DNA from: Schmidtea polychroa
Lineage: Eukaryota
Reading direction: 5' to 3'
Length of the DNA: 64,000 nt
Assembly (NCBI GenBank): GCA_044892525.1
Contig: CM097885.1
Span: forward strand, 237,338,001-237,402,000
Position 1 is the stretch's first letter; each line of letters begins with the position of its first letter. The notes under the pieces are model-generated. The model was given only the letters and a program-made list of their open reading frames with translations, had not been told where the DNA came from and made no database searches. Made by a program: the position numbers and the translations under genes. Shown in pieces: positions 1 through 22,056 of this stretch.

Positions 1-3000
1 AAATTTTATTTCAACCTATTTAATTTCCTTACTAAAATAATTTTTATTTTAGATTTCCTTTTACCCCAATTAATTTTATTTCCGGATTAACTTATTTTTA
101 TAAATTTTAAATTATAATTTTCCTATTGTTATTTGAGCATGGCTTTTCGGCAACATCAAGTTTCGACTTTATTATTACGAATTTATTATGATTATTTGGT
201 CGTGGTTTTTCCGATCAAAGAAATGTAAATATATCCCGTTTTTTATTTATTAACCTAAATTTTTCCAAAATTTTATTTTTTGTAGTTGGTAATTAGAAAA
301 TTTTTCTAATCCAAGCGATTCTATTTCCCGAAACAAAAATAATTTTTATTTTTATTCATTTTAATTTTATGTGTTCGTTTGGTTCTTTTGCCCAAATTAA
401 TTTTATTTCTAGCATAATTCCTAACTTAAGTTTCCCAATTTTCGTTCTACCTAATTTTCCATTTACCATGATTAAATTTTATTTCTAAACAATTTTTTCT
501 TTAATTAATTTTTATTTCTAATTTTCTTAATTCAATATTTTCCTTTTTACACAATTTCTCCTTTTGATGTTGAAGTTGAATTTTCCGAATAATTGCCATT
601 TTTGGAGTTCGAAAATTTATTAGTTAGTAATGCTTTTCCGCCACAAACAATTTATAAACCTAGAATCCCGGCTGAGCCCCCAAAAATCATGTTGGTTACT
701 TAGGGGTGTGACATTTAAAATTTTTAAATACATTAGGGGTAATCATATATATTCACTCGACTCTTTCCTAAGCACCTCCATGACTATTGTACTTTAACCA
801 TTTGTGTACCCATGGCGACGACCATGTTGGTAATGTACACAAAGACGAAAAAACAATAGAGCAGGTGAGCTCTATTACTAAAACTACTCCCCATTGGATT
901 TTCTTTTCGGGTTCTAGACTGCCGATAGAAGGTCTTACGTCATTATTCACTATGTATGCTATTTTTGGATCGTTGTTGGTCCTCAATTACGGGTATTTCT
1001 AATTGTTCTCTTATCAAAAATTTTTTTTTGCAGGGTTCTGCCCTTATTTTCCAGCTAGTAATTATTGTTCTACACTTCCTACAATATCTAAATCAGCCTT
1101 TGAAAAATTTGAGCAGGGATCTGCCTGTGTTTCTAACCCTGAGCTGTCGTAAAAATTACGTAAATCTAACTTTATCTATCTTCAACTGGTCTCAACCTAT
1201 TCCATCTTCGCTCCCAACTCACTTATATAAAAAAAAATAAAGGTGACTAAGCCACCTGCATTATCTAAATCTAAATATAATCCTCAACGGCCTAAAATGA
1301 CATTACACTCCCTAATCATTCCTATCACTATCACTATCCTCTAACCCGATGGACTCAACCGGCGAAATATCTGCCGAACAACAGCACGTAGTGCCGCCCG
1401 TCCACAAACTTTTCCCCAGCCCAGTCCATCGACACAATCAACGAATAATGTAATTGAATTCAATAAAAATTATGATTTAGAATAAATGAATTTAAACCAT
1501 TAAAAAAGATCACTAAAGAAAATTTAACCGAGACATATAAAATTTATTAATTAAAATACTTCATAAGAATTACAAAAACAATAAAAAATAATTTACCACA
1601 TCCACGTTGGCATATAATCGGAACTGAGAGTTCTGCAAATTAAGTGGCTATGTTGAAAAAAGAGAGAGTTTGTTGCGTCCTTCAATTGAATTTGTGATCA
1701 GTATTTATACTGATTTTGAATGCGTACGCTATCCAATCAGAGTGCGAGAATTATTGAATTGATTTTGCACACATGCATGAATGTGTGTAATTATTTATTT
1801 GTTTTAATTTCATAAATTTAATTAATTTCTTATTTAATTTTTATTAATTTTAATTTTACAAATTTTATAATTTAACTAATTTGAGTTATCTTAATTTTTA
1901 TTAATTTAACCATTTTTATTCTTTAATTTTAATAAGTTACATAACCATTTCATTCTATAAACTTTACAATTTACATAATGCTAATTAATTTTATTATTTT
2001 TGACGATTTAATTTTTAGATTGTTTAAATAATTTTCAACTAATTCCATTTTATATTTTATTATTTTTCTATTTAAATTTTTAAGTGTTGAATTTTCTGTT
2101 AAATTTATTTATCTCTTTATTCTATTATACTTAATGTGTGATGTAGTTTATTTTATTTATTTTAAATTAAACCTTGGTCATAAATTTTTTCAACTTTGCG
2201 GTTTTTGTGTTAGGTATTTTCGATCGATTAAAACAAACTCTCAGTTCTCGTTTTCAGCCCAACACATGTCCCGCGGGGCTCGGCAGAGCCCCTTGCTAAC
2301 TTTTTAAATATTTTGCGAGCCCCTTGTTGTTCTTTCAACTGTGATTTTGCGCTTCACTTCAAATTAAAATTTCTATTGTTTTGGTAGTAAACATTTTTAA
2401 AACAATTTTACCGCATTTGTATATCAAAAAAATTTTCTGGACGTTTTTATATTTTACTAAAAAAGCAAATTCGAAAAAAGCATTTTTTTTCTGGACGAAA
2501 AACACCTAAATTTTTTTTGCGAGTCCTTTGTTGTTTTTTTCACAGCTCACCAGTGATATGTTATGTATATTTATAGTAATTATTAATTACTATTTTTAGA
2601 TTTACCTAAGTTATATTTTATTATAAATACACTAAACACCACTGAGATACGTTTCCTATAATATAAGGAAAAAATCAATAATCTTACATACTTACATTGA
2701 TTTCACACTGATGTTCTCATTTATAGTGCAATGAGATACATTTTACACTATAGAAATCTAAAAAGTGATAGAAAAATTAAATACTGACACAAACACAACA
2801 CATACTGAAAAACACATACAAACTTTCGATATATCGAAATGCGCAGCTGAGATACGTTTCTATAATAACTCTATTTTAGACAATTTTAAGAAAAAAATTT
2901 ATTGCTGAAAATGTTTTTAAATGTAATTTTAAAGAAACTATTGTCATGAAAATGACGAAATATCACTGTAAGAATTATTTTTGAGTTAAAATTAAGTTAA

Positions 3001-3449
3001 ATATTAAAATTAAGTTAAAGAAATATCTTAGAAAAATACATTTTTGGTAATTGATTAAATTATTTAATTATAATTAAAATATATCTGATTTACATCTTAT
3101 CAAAATAATTCCAAAATTATAATTATAAAATAAATTTCATAAAATTCCTAAAAAACTTGAAAATTAATTAAAAATAATTTATAACACAAATATTGACTAA
3201 AAGTAATATTTAAAAACTTGAATAATGATCTCATATCTATATAGATTAAAAATTCAAGTTTTAAAATATACTTAAAATTAAATATCTTACCTGAACGCTT
3301 TTTCAAAATTGGCTAAAATAAATTTCAAGAAATGAAATTTATTAAATTGATGAGTCAATTTAATGAAAATGTATCTAAGTGTTTAAATTTAACAAGCATC
3401 AGGTCATTTTTATTAACATTAAAAACATAAACTGTTTTCATAAAGCAAC

Positions 3450-3845
3450 ACTTGATTACAGCTACAAAGCCACTGGGATCAGCTTTGAATAATAACGTTC
3501 TGTCCATTTCAATATCATAAGATAATGCTATCATTGAACAACCTAATGGTCGCATCTCAGCCGATTGGGTGTAAAGCTGATTAATATCCGCAATACAACG
3601 ACATATTATGCCACAAGGCATTTCATTTCCATTTTTATATTTAAATCGAGCTGCTTCCATTTGTGCACGACATACTTGAGATCGACAATCAGGGATCATA
3701 CCAGTCATAACACCTCCAGTACTTTCAGTAATATTAAACAATCTTGTAGCTGAACTCTTCTCAATCATTTTATCTGGAACTTTTCTTTGTGTTGCTACTA
3801 CACCACAATTATTGCCTCGAATACCAACGGAAAGCAATCCACCAA
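3450..3845 (-). pseudogene. PSMA6: Internal fragment of 20S proteasome subunit alpha type-6
   Basis: ORF 3355..3873 contains alpha-6 signatures (SVGIRG..CGVVATQRKVPDK, MTGMIPDCRSQV.RAQMEAARFKYKNG.EMP, IADINQLYTQSAEMRPLGCSM, FKADPSG). The N-terminal FSPEGRLYQVEYA motif and the C-terminal third are absent, and no flanking exons were seen. Confidence 0.8.
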
Positions 3846-4171
3846 ATAAATTTGATATTAGTTGGCCAAACACACGTTATCAGGATCTTTTGGGGTCATA
3901 AAAAAGGAACCATCAGTTTCGTTGGTAGTATTTCCCATTTCCATTGAGTTATCAGATTCAAAAGAACATTTTTCCTCGATTATATTGCTTGATTCATAAA
4001 TTTCTTCATTAAAAGCAGCCATATTTTATCAGAAGAAAATAAATTCCAAATCCTTTATTAAAACACAAACCCAATCGACACCATTAACAACTCTGAGTAC
4101 AAAATTCAAATCAAATTCTAAATCTGAAAATTACAATAACAAACTAACTAATAAAAATTGCCATACCTCTT

Positions 4172-4326
4172 GCTCGCGTCTGTGTGCGCACACAATTCAA
4201 ATCAACAAAGTAAAAAGCGCACACAGACGCGAGATAAACTAATAATTTAACACAAAAAATGACACTGTTCGCGTCTGTGTGCACATACAAACCCATCTCA
4301 TAATACAACGCGCACACAGACGCGAA
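4172..4326. repeat. Four alternating-orientation copies of GCGCACACAGACGCGA
   Basis: Copies at ~4174 (rev), ~4217 (fwd), ~4269 (rev) and ~4310 (fwd); resembles a subterminal transposase-binding array. Confidence 0.75.
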
Positions 4327-5409
4327 TTGTGTACACACTAATGATGTACACACTAACCACCACTATAGAAAATGTATCTAAGTGATGTTTAGTGTAGACA
4401 ATGGTAAATTTCAGAATTAGGTGTAGCACATAATTCAGTGAGCGAGAGAGGAGAAAATATATCAATCTAAGACAAAAAAAATCGGCAAAGAAAATTGACA
4501 CTATTTGATCCAACTAACGAACAGATAAATCAGCTATTATAATCAATTCTGGTTTTTAACAATTTGAAAATTTCATAAACGACAAATCTAAATTTTTGGA
4601 ATATATTTTTGAGCGGGAGAGAAAGCATTTGTTTTAGTTTTAAATTCATTTTTCGAAGAGTATCAGTAAGCATTTTTGTCACTGTATTACTCGGTGTCCA
4701 TAATTAGGAGTGAGTGCATAATTAGGAAAAAGTATTGTCTGTTTTCTGGGTCAATACTATAGTGGTAAATTTCGCGAAACCACCCTCCTCTTCTATCATT
4801 CACCTTTTTCGGGCTGTTGATGCATATTAGGACCAGCCTTGACTCTTGGTAATAAATCTTCAGGACAGTTTGAATAACCGATCGTCTGTACATCTGCTAG
4901 AAACAAAGTGTATTGTTCAACTTTATAATTGTTTGTAAAACACCTGTATAAATAATAAAGATCTTATAAAACATTTTCATTTGTTTTATCTATTTAACCA
5001 TACGCGCATTATACATACATTAATTGGAATCAGACTTCTATTTGTGTTGGTCGTGTCTATCAGAGCAAACCTAACACATAGATCACCTCAAATTTATACC
5101 GACGGGTCCCCAAATCTCGCTGTTCGGGTCTTATGTGAACAAGTCCGTCCTGGTTGCTCCATCCGAATTCCGTACAAAGAAAATCGTTGAACCATTCTAA
5201 GTACGTTAAAATTTCTAAATATCGAAAAATTAAATAAAATAAAAACAAAAGTTTTTGGTAAAATCTAAAATATTATACACAGAATTGTCTTCTTTTACTT
5301 TGCTTGATTTCTTATTAATTCCATATGGGATTACATGATTAAATATTTACATAAAATATATATATAATTTTAGATAATTTGCCAAGCCTAGACCCTATAT
5401 ATAGGCTTG

Positions 5410-5440
<31 letters not shown>

Positions 5441-5509
5441 AAGAACTTTCGATTTTCACCTCTGATTTCTTCTTAATTGGCATTGTACTTATAAAAAAAC
5501 TATGAATCA

Positions 5510-5551
<42 letters not shown>

Positions 5552-6089
5552 AAAACATTTGTAAATGAACCTAGTTTGGTAAGCGGGATTCAATGTTTCC
5601 GAGTAAAAAAGTTGAATGGCTTATTTCAAATTATAATTAGTTGAGTTGTCTTAGCTGAATGAACCTATAATCAACCTTAGTTGCAACCTGAACAAATTGA
5701 TATCAAAGAGTTATCTGAGATTCTTTCACATAATTTACTTGCCTATCGAGTTTTTTCAACTTCAGTAAATAATGAGTTAGTAATTTTATTTGTTTTTAAT
5801 ATTTCCTGTACTTTATATATATTTACATTTGACTTAAAGGAATTGTCATTTGTTAACATATATTTGTTTGAATAATTGAAATCATAGGGTTAATTAAATT
5901 AAATATTTTCTAAACACAAATTCTGAATATTTTCTTATGTATTTAAATATGCGAAATTAAAATAATAATTTAATTTAATTTTTTGATATATTAGATATTA
6001 ATAAATAATTTTAGTTTTTAATGAAATTAAAATGCCTGAAATAAATTATAATTAGATCTACTGAAGATACTCTTTAATTTTAGTTTTGA

Positions 6090-13766
<7,677 letters not shown>

Positions 13767-13769
13767 CAG

Positions 13770-13800
<31 letters not shown>

Positions 13801-14580
13801 TGTTTTCATGTTGTCATATATATTTATTGTACTTTTAGATATTTATTTATATTTAGATATTTTAAACAATGAAATAAATTTTTTTTGGAAATTTGTTATT
13901 CTTTTAGGATTGTTGTGGGTTGACTTAACTGGTATAAAATAAAAATAAAAAGCACAAAACTAAGTGAAAATCAATAAAAACATCAAAATTCAAAGATATA
14001 TATTACTAATAAAAGTGAAAAATTAATTTAAAATCTGATAAGTTAAAAAATAAAAATTTTTCGGGGGAATATTATATGGGTGAATACGATGTGATGAGAC
14101 GAATTCAAATATAATAAAATAAAATGAATAGGGGGTCCATAGGAAGGAATATTTAAAAACAAAATTAATTAGCTAAATGATAGTTTCAACAAATAGGAAA
14201 ATAACACAAAATTCACAATAAATTACTTTAGTGTAGAAAACTAGAGGAACTGCAACTAAAAGTGATTATCTCGAGAGACACGTGTCAATAATAAAATAAA
14301 AAACAAATGAGATCTTATTTAGAGAATCATATATAAATTCGTAATCTCGTCAGTTAGTCGAAGACAAATATTTTATGTACGATTTAAGTGAAAAAACATC
14401 AGCGAATCAAATCAATCAGTGCGTACCAGAAAGAGTAATCTCCTATTCCGAAGACTTACCTTTGTCGATAATTAGGTGGTGCGTAGTTTTAATGTTCTAG
14501 GTGCATTGATAGATTTGTCATCAAATGCTCCCAAAATGCTTTCATGTGGATTTAATTATTTATGGTTCCTTCATATGTTA

Positions 14581-16173
14581 CAGGGTATTTCATAAATCTA
14601 ATTTCATAAATATAATCATTTCATAAATATATATAATAATTTCATAAATATATATAATCATTTCATAAATATATATAATCATTATATAAATAAATATAAT
14701 CAGTTCATTAATTTATATGAAATTTATTTTCAGACAATTAAAATTTATCATATAGCGACATAACAATATCCCGCCAAAACGATTAAAATTTTTTTTTGAA
14801 CAAAATCCAAAAATGAAACAAAGAAAAACAAGAAATCAAATGACACAGAATAGGTGGGTATAATTGATCGGCTTTCATCTCAAGGAAGCACAGCTCGGGA
14901 AATAGCACAGGCTACAGGGTTTTTCAGGCCCTGTATTTATAAAAGATTGCAGGAAATGCAGGAAACTGGTAATGTTACAGTTCAAAAACCGGGGAGAAAA
15001 CGAATAAACCAAGCCGACCGCATATCCTTTGTCTCAGAAATCGTACAGAACGATAATAGCTTGACTCTAACGGGGATTAAGGAGGTTCTTAATGAAAATC
15101 AAATAGTTTTATCCAAGCATTCCGTTTGCAGAGTTTTAAAATCGGCCAATATAACTAGAAAGCGTTTGAAAAGAATTACAACAAATAGTCTTTCTCCTGC
15201 GGTGCTTGAAGCTAGAGCCGTATATGCAAGAATATTTCTAAGATTTGATTTGAATAGGCTGATTTTCTTAGATGAAACGGGGATCAATTTGCACACAAGC
15301 AAATTTTATGGTTATTCCCCAGCTTCCACAGATGCTGTTACAGTTGTAAGAGGCAACAGAAGAATAAATGTAAGTACCTTAGCAGCAGTTACAATTAATA
15401 GTTTGATTAGCTCTGAATCAATATTAGGTGCATTTAACAGCGATAAAATGCTGGAATTTCTTCAAGCTAATATTAATATTTTTAAGGCTCATCACGAAAG
15501 TCCCGTAATAATAATGGATAATGCGAGATTCCATCATTCTCCTGTCATCATTAGCTGGTTTCAGTTGAATAATTTTGAAGTTCAGTTTCTCCTACCATAT
15601 TCCCCTCAACTTAATCCTATAGAAGAGTATTTTTCTGCTTTCAAGTCAGCATACAAAAACATGCAAAGACCAAATTCTTCTCAAGAAATTATTCATATGA
15701 TTCCAAGCATCATTTCGGATTTAAATAATAGGCTAAATTTTAGAAATTTTTTCGTGGATATGCAAGAATTTATTGAGCTCGCTTACAATCGGACTCCATT
15801 TAACCCTTTCGCACCGACTTTCCGCTAATGACACTATGCTAAATTTATATATTGGAACTTGTTAATATTGACCTAAATATGAAATATTCTCATTTTTGTA
15901 ATCGTTGTAATCTGAATATCCTAGAAAGTCCTGGGATAATAAGTCCCAATAGGCTTTATCCCAGTAGGATCATGATGAAAGTTTCTGGGACGTATTGTCC
16001 CAATAGGGGCGAAAGGGTTAATTAAAAGTGAATGAGTTTAAATTTTTTTATTTATTTATTTGTAGTTAAGTTGTTAAATCTATGGGAATGTATGCACAAT
16101 TAAAAATTTATATTTTTATAAATATAATTTTTGGCAAAAATAAAATTATTATATATATTTATGAAATACCCTG
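14581..16173 (+). mobile_element. Tc1/mariner-IS630 superfamily DNA transposon (DD34E), 1593 bp
   Basis: TIR CAGGGTATTTCATAAAT / ATTTATGAAATACCCTG, TA at 14579-80 and 16174-75, subterminal ATTTCATAAATATA repeats at the left end, internal transposase ORF. Confidence 0.95.
14854..15828 (+). CDS. DD34E transposase (5' end probably frameshifted)
   Basis: HTH region then IFLDETG, IIMDNARFHH and PYSPQLNPIEEYF, with 34 residues between the second D and the E. The nearest upstream ATGs (14813, 14840) are out of frame. Confidence 0.9.
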   Translation: MGIIDRLSSQGSTAREIAQATGFFRPCIYKRLQEMQETGNVTVQKPGRKRINQADRISFVSEIVQNDNSLTLTGIKEVLNENQIVLSKHSVCRVLKSANITRKRLKRITTNSLSPAVLEARAVYARIFLRFDLNRLIFLDETGINLHTSKFYGYSPASTDAVTVVRGNRRINVSTLAAVTINSLISSESILGAFNSDKMLEFLQANINIFKAHHESPVIIMDNARFHHSPVIISWFQLNNFEVQFLLPYSPQLNPIEEYFSAFKSAYKNMQRPNSSQEIIHMIPSIISDLNNRLNFRNFFVDMQEFIELAYNRTPFNPFAPTFR

Positions 16174-17329
16174 TAATGTAACTAAAATTATTTGTTATTT
16201 TTTCTTTATCATTCCGTCGCCACGAGGGATTTCAAATTTAAATGGTGGATTTCATCAAAAGATCTCATTTAATTAAGAGATTTTTATTAATCTTATTTAT
16301 TTTATGTAGATGTTTGTAACATGCGTGTTTCATTTTATTATTTTCCTAGTTGTCTGTTAATTATTTTGTTTTAAGTGAACGTTGTACGGTGCGCGTGAAT
16401 AAATATTTGATGCATTTAAACAATTTCTAAAACTATTGTGTTCTAGTTGAACACATCTAACGCAGGAGTATATAAATAAAGTGTTATTGAGAATTGTTGA
16501 TTTGTGATAGATTTAAATAAGTTATTATGTTGAGTAATTTTGTTTCATATTGAATAAGAGCAGGAGTTAGGGGATAACACCGATTTATATTGTAAAACCC
16601 AACATGATTGTGAAATAAAATTTATATATAAAAATCATTTAATTTCAAATGTAAGCTACCGTGAATTTTGTATTTATTGTCCATAAAATAATAATTTCCC
16701 AATAATTTATTTCAAATAAAACACATTTTTTACAATATTATTAAAACACACAATAATTTGAGGAGTTTCAGTATCAAATATTAATATTTTCAAAAGTACA
16801 GGTTTAATTCATCATAGATTTTATTCACATTAACATACTAAATTTATTATTTTTAAACATTTAAAATGTTTATTTGAAAATACTATAATAGTTTATATAA
16901 TTAATCTTTAAGTTAAATTCTCGTTTTTATACAGAGAAGATGTATATCACTATTGGCAGTTATAAATAGCGAAAAATTAAAAAAAATTCAAATAACGTAT
17001 CTAACACGCTGATTCTAAACTTATATAAATTAAAAAGGAAGACTAACAACGATGAAATGCAGATCTAATAAAGAAATAATGACACACGTTCAACACAATT
17101 GTAATAATGGTAAGAAAATCAGAATAGAGGTTCCAAAAAGTAAAGAATCTAATATTTAGTCATAAACTTTGTTAAATAAACAGTAGTCAGGGAAAGAATC
17201 CAATTATATTCATTAAGTGAACCTTCGACAGCAAAAACAAAAATTTTAATAAATATAGCTAATAATAGACAGTTAACCAAATATCCATTATATCTCTAAA
17301 ATACCCACAATATGAATCCTGCTCCTTCT

Positions 17330-17690
17330 AAAATTGATCGACCAGCTTGTAGACGAAAGGATGTTGATAGTCAGCTGAAATGTCCGATACCAAACCTTTA
17401 AATAATTGGTACGGGCCAGTTTGTCGTTTCACTCGATCACATGTGTTCCATAGGTCAAGCGCAAACCTCAGATTTGTTCAACGTCTTGGCTAGCTTCTGA
17501 TGTAAGTGTCTTCAATAATCTGGGATGGGGGTGATTTCTGACAGTTATCGACAAAATCATTGAAAGCTGCCGATACGTCATTTATTAGAATGAAGATCTT
17601 GAAATTTGCGCCAATAAATCTGGCCAAGATGGAGGAAGCATCTTATGAGTCGGATTTAGTGAAATTCGTTGTAATTAGGTTTAATCTGTC
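17330..17690 (-). pseudogene. Possible degraded non-LTR reverse transcriptase fragment
   Basis: Higher-GC patch; minus strand gives DVSAAFN (cf. RT motif D.S.AFD). Heavily decayed. Confidence 0.35.
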
Positions 17691-18053
17691 AAATAATTAA
17701 TCTCTGTATTTACGTATACACTGCTCGCTTATGCCAAATCAACAATTAAAACAACATATTCACTTCATTAATACAAAACTCTATCTCCACATTGACACTT
17801 TCAATACTAATCATTGCATGATGTTTTTAAGTGAGCTCACTATATTCCTAGTTTTAATTTAATCTTCACTATTTTTGTATGTTACATGTGTTCATGTTAA
17901 AAATTATTTACAGCTTATAGAACTTATCTTAACCATTTCATCAATTCCTAAAATTACAAATTAATTTTGTTTCATTATCAAAAATAACATTGGTTCAGAA
18001 TCCACAACCATCAACATGATTGGTTACATATGAATACCGAACACTGTGTTGAT

Positions 18054-18762
18054 TAGTGCAAATTCAAACATTAAAACAAATTCGAATAATTTTTTTATTT
18101 TAACTTTTCTAATGTAAATCAATTCTTACTGCGTTTTTATTCATTTTAAACCATTTAATTTGTTTAAAATATATTTTAAGTATTTTTATTCTATTTTTAA
18201 TTCCTTTTCCTAATCAAAATTTTCCTCTTGGATTGGATTTTATTTCGAATTTACCTTTATCCTTAAATACTACTTATATAGTTTTGTTGCTGATTTTAAT
18301 ATTATTTTTTGTGTTTGTTCGCTCGATATTTACGCGTTACTCATTTTTATTCTATATTTTGCTGCTTTGTTGATATATTTAAATTTCTTTTTATTTTCAA
18401 TTTTCTTATATATTTCAAATTAGCGCAAATTCAAACATTAAAACAAATTCGAATAATTTTGTTATTTTAACTTTTCTAATGTAAATCAATTCTTAATGCA
18501 TTTTTTATTCATTTTAAACCATTTAATTTGTTTAACATATATTTTTTGTATTTTTATTCTTTTTTTAATTCTCTTTCCTAATCAAAAATTTCCTCTTATA
18601 TTTTCTTTTAAAAATTATTTTTGCGCTTGTTTGCTCGATATATATGCGTTTGGTTGATATTTACTGTACTTAAATTTAACTCATCTTTATTCTATATTTT
18701 GTTGCTTTATTGATATATTTAAATTTTTTTTTATTTTCGATTTTATTTTTTATTTCAAATTG
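18054..18762. repeat. Diverged tandem duplication, period ~367 bp
   Basis: GCAAATTCAAACATTAAAACAAATTCGAATAATTTT... occurs at ~18058 and ~18425. Confidence 0.85.
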
Positions 18763-21639
18763 TATACATATATATATATATATATATATGTATTTTTTTT
18801 TATTGTTTTTATTTATTAATTTAGAATTATTCAATTAAGATTACAAAAACATTTATTACAAAACATAAATTATATAAGAAATCTTCATTTGAATGCAACA
18901 TTCTTCAAAATCTCCCTAAATGTTTAAAATAAATATCATAATATAGAACCTATCAATCGATTTCCATTATCTTTTTATTTGTTTAAACACGAATTTAAAA
19001 CATTTTTTTAAAAATAAAAATTCGTGTTTAATAAATAAAAAGATTGATCTATTAGCTGGAAATGAAGATAAAGGAGATTGAAAATGATTCAAATAGATCA
19101 ATGATGGAAAAGAAACACTGTGTAAATTTTTTGACTAAGGAATAAAGCGAGTAAAATTACGAATACTTTCCTGTGAGTCACTAAGGAAAATTTATGCTCT
19201 TTCACGTGGTTACTAAAACCCCGATATAACTTTATTTAAATAGAACACATTTCAAAATTCCCGCCAAATTTGCCCTCGTTATGAGATATCGCAAGGAATA
19301 AATGTAAGGGGGTGAATAAAAATTCATATGAAGTCGTCCTTTTAAAACATGCCTGATTTGGGCTTTTTAAAAAATTTTTAAAACATTTTAATTTTTTTAA
19401 TATTTAAGAAATTGGAAAAATTTATTAATATACTTTTAATAAAATTATTTAGTGAATCACAAAATTTCTATTTTTACAGCTGAAATTTTTATTTATTTAA
19501 GATACTAATTTTTTAGTAAAATATATTATTCCAGGTTTTTTTAATTTTTTAAAATAAAATTACTGATAAAAACAATTTCTAAAAGTCACGCCAAAAATAT
19601 GTGGCTATTTTTAAAAAATTAATTTTATTGATTTTTACTAGTTTACTTTTTTATTTTAAAAACATTTTAATATTTTTATATTTAAGAATTTGGAAAAATT
19701 TATTAATTTACTTTTAATAAAATTATTTAGTGAATGACAAAAATTCTATTTTTAAAGTAAAAAAAATTTTTTTTTTACTTTTTTATTTTCTTTTTTTGTA
19801 TTGATTTTTCAGAATATGTTAAATTTTAATCAATAAAATCGTATTTATCTTTTTCACCATTGATTTATTTTTATTTTAAATTTTCTTTATTTTCATTAAT
19901 TTTATATAACATAGACAAAGTCCGCCAGTTATAGTGTTAAAAGAAAATTCCCACCATTCTTTAGCGACGCTTTCAAATTTAGTAAGTCTATTCCAAAATG
20001 TTTTCTCTGCTAATTTGGCATTATTTAGATCCGTAGTACTTTTCTGGTTTATTGATTCGTAATAATATCTTAATTTTTCTATAGCCACGTTTGATTAAAC
20101 GTTTACCAATGAAAAGACAAACCCACCGAGATAGATTTCAATCATTTCAAATTCATTTGATATATCTTCCGATTCCGATTGACATTTTTCCATCATATAA
20201 CACGAGGTTTTATTCTTTAAAAACAGTTGAAAAAATCCTAATGCTATTGGATATAACTGCTGAGATAGAGTAAGTGAAAATCGAGATGAAAGAACTATTA
20301 CTTTGCAATCGGAACTCGATACAATATTTATCGAGTTCAAAGTTAGTGATTCGCGTGGAGATTTCTCTTTGATGAAAATAAGAATCTTTTCATTTAAATC
20401 GATTGTTGATCGAAATATTTTTTGCATGTCCTGTAAAAGATTTTTTCCTGCATCGATTTGGTGGTTAATGTCTATCATTTTACGCAAGCACTGGAAAATC
20501 AATAATCATAAGTAAAGTTTCAAATGAAACTGAGAATATTGATTAAGAAATCGATTTCTTATTATCCGAAAATCAATAAAACGATTGAGCAGGACAGATT
20601 TAAATTAAATTCATATCATTTTATATTTTCTCATTAATTCTCATTGTTTTTTTAATTTTAATCAGTTTCTTAAAAATTTCTGATGGGTTCTCGGGACATT
20701 CTATGCATAAAAAAGTACATTAATCGAAGATCGAGTCTTTGAATCTCCGTTGAAAACGCATGCTTGAAGCTCATTGAATTACAAAACCTAACGCTTGTTT
20801 TAAAAGTTAAGGTTCCGGGAGTAAGGTCAATGATCCTCAAAGGTTGAGTAACCCTGGTTATGGAGAAAGGATAAGGTTATAAAGAATGGAATCGTTTCCA
20901 TTCGTTTTTCTATTAGCTTATCATTTCATAACTTGATTGAAAATCTCTTTTCTGTAGTGTTCGAAAATTGTGAGGTTTTATATTGTATTCAAAATGTGCA
21001 TATTGTGATTCCAATTCTCATTAAATGTTGACTGGGATAAGAAAAGATGAATTTTTTTACAAGTAGACAGTAATTATCAAAGCTTAACTTCAATAACACC
21101 TTGCAATGGTTTGGAAAGGTCCTTATAATCAACACTACTTATTTCAAAACCAAAGGCAACCGATTCAAACAAATTGATTTTTGTATTGCAAGACCATCTA
21201 TTCGAAAGAAAATACCTTACTGAGTTATTTGGACAAAGGAAGCGAAAATTGTATAAATCTAATAAGATAAAGACAGTATTTTGTATATACAGAAATACAT
21301 CAAAGAGCGTGAATTGTAGGGATGGGTAATAATCAATAATTATTAATAAGAAAATATTTATTCCCTTACAATGAAGGATAAACCGCGTAAACAGTTACAA
21401 ACGATATTAACAAAAGAAGCAGTACCATCTACAATACCTACAATGATCACCTCGCAATGTGTTTGACTCGATATATCCTTGAAAGAAACATCGATAATTC
21501 AACCCGAAAAAACTGCATTTTGTCCTAATAATTCCTTGCTGTTACCTCAAAATTCATCAATAATTCCAATACCAGTTTCTATGCAAGATTCATTTCAAAC
21601 TTTAGTTGGGTCTAAAAAGAGAAAAAAAGAAGTTTAGCG

Positions 21640-21900
21640 TGTGCTTTCTTTGATGAAATTGGTAATAATGTGGCCATATGTAAGCTTTGTAAACATACTA
21701 TTTCCATGAATGGTCAAACATATAGCAAATGAGCATGGTGAAGATATGAACGAAAGTGCTGAAATTAATTTTTGTGCTGAATTTCTATTAAATCATTTGA
21801 TTTTAGAAGATGGACTTCCGTTATCGTTGTTGGATTCAGCTAATTTTTAAATTTATATTGAAAAATTAAATCCGGATTTTAAAATACCTAAACGGTTGTT
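21640..21900 (+). pseudogene. BED-finger/hAT transposase remnant
   Basis: Fragments AICKLCKHTIS and LEDGLPLSLLDSANF*IYIEKLNPDFKIP, typical of BED-hAT N-termini; interrupted by stops. Confidence 0.55.
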
Positions 21901-22056
21901 GCAAAACATAGATAATGATTGCTCCTATTTATTTCTCAGGGGTGAATACGGCGAGTTTCTTTAAAAGTTGCTTTAAAAAAATAATATATTAGGTTCTAAA
22001 TTATGATATTTATTTTAAACATTTAAATGTTTCAATTCATCTTTAAAAGATGCCGT

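Larger units (their letters stand above)
2630..4394. mobile_element. Non-autonomous TIR element with CACTA...TAGTG termini (CACTA/EnSpm-like) enclosing a host gene fragment
   Basis: Left end CACTAAACACCACTGAGATACGTTTCCTATA (2630) is an imperfect ~31-bp inverted repeat of the right end TATAGAAAATGTATCTAAGTGATGTTTAGTG (ends 4394). TA flanks both ends. The AGATAC(A/G)TTT core recurs subterminally (~2733, ~2849, inverted at ~3367). Confidence 0.5.

Noticed and set aside
1..712. Possible LTR 3' end (...GGGGTGTGACA)
   Set aside because: The other terminus is outside the window, so it cannot be supported.
19876..20515. Overlapping ORFs up to 135 aa
   Set aside because: No motifs recognised; likely decayed TE sequence or chance.
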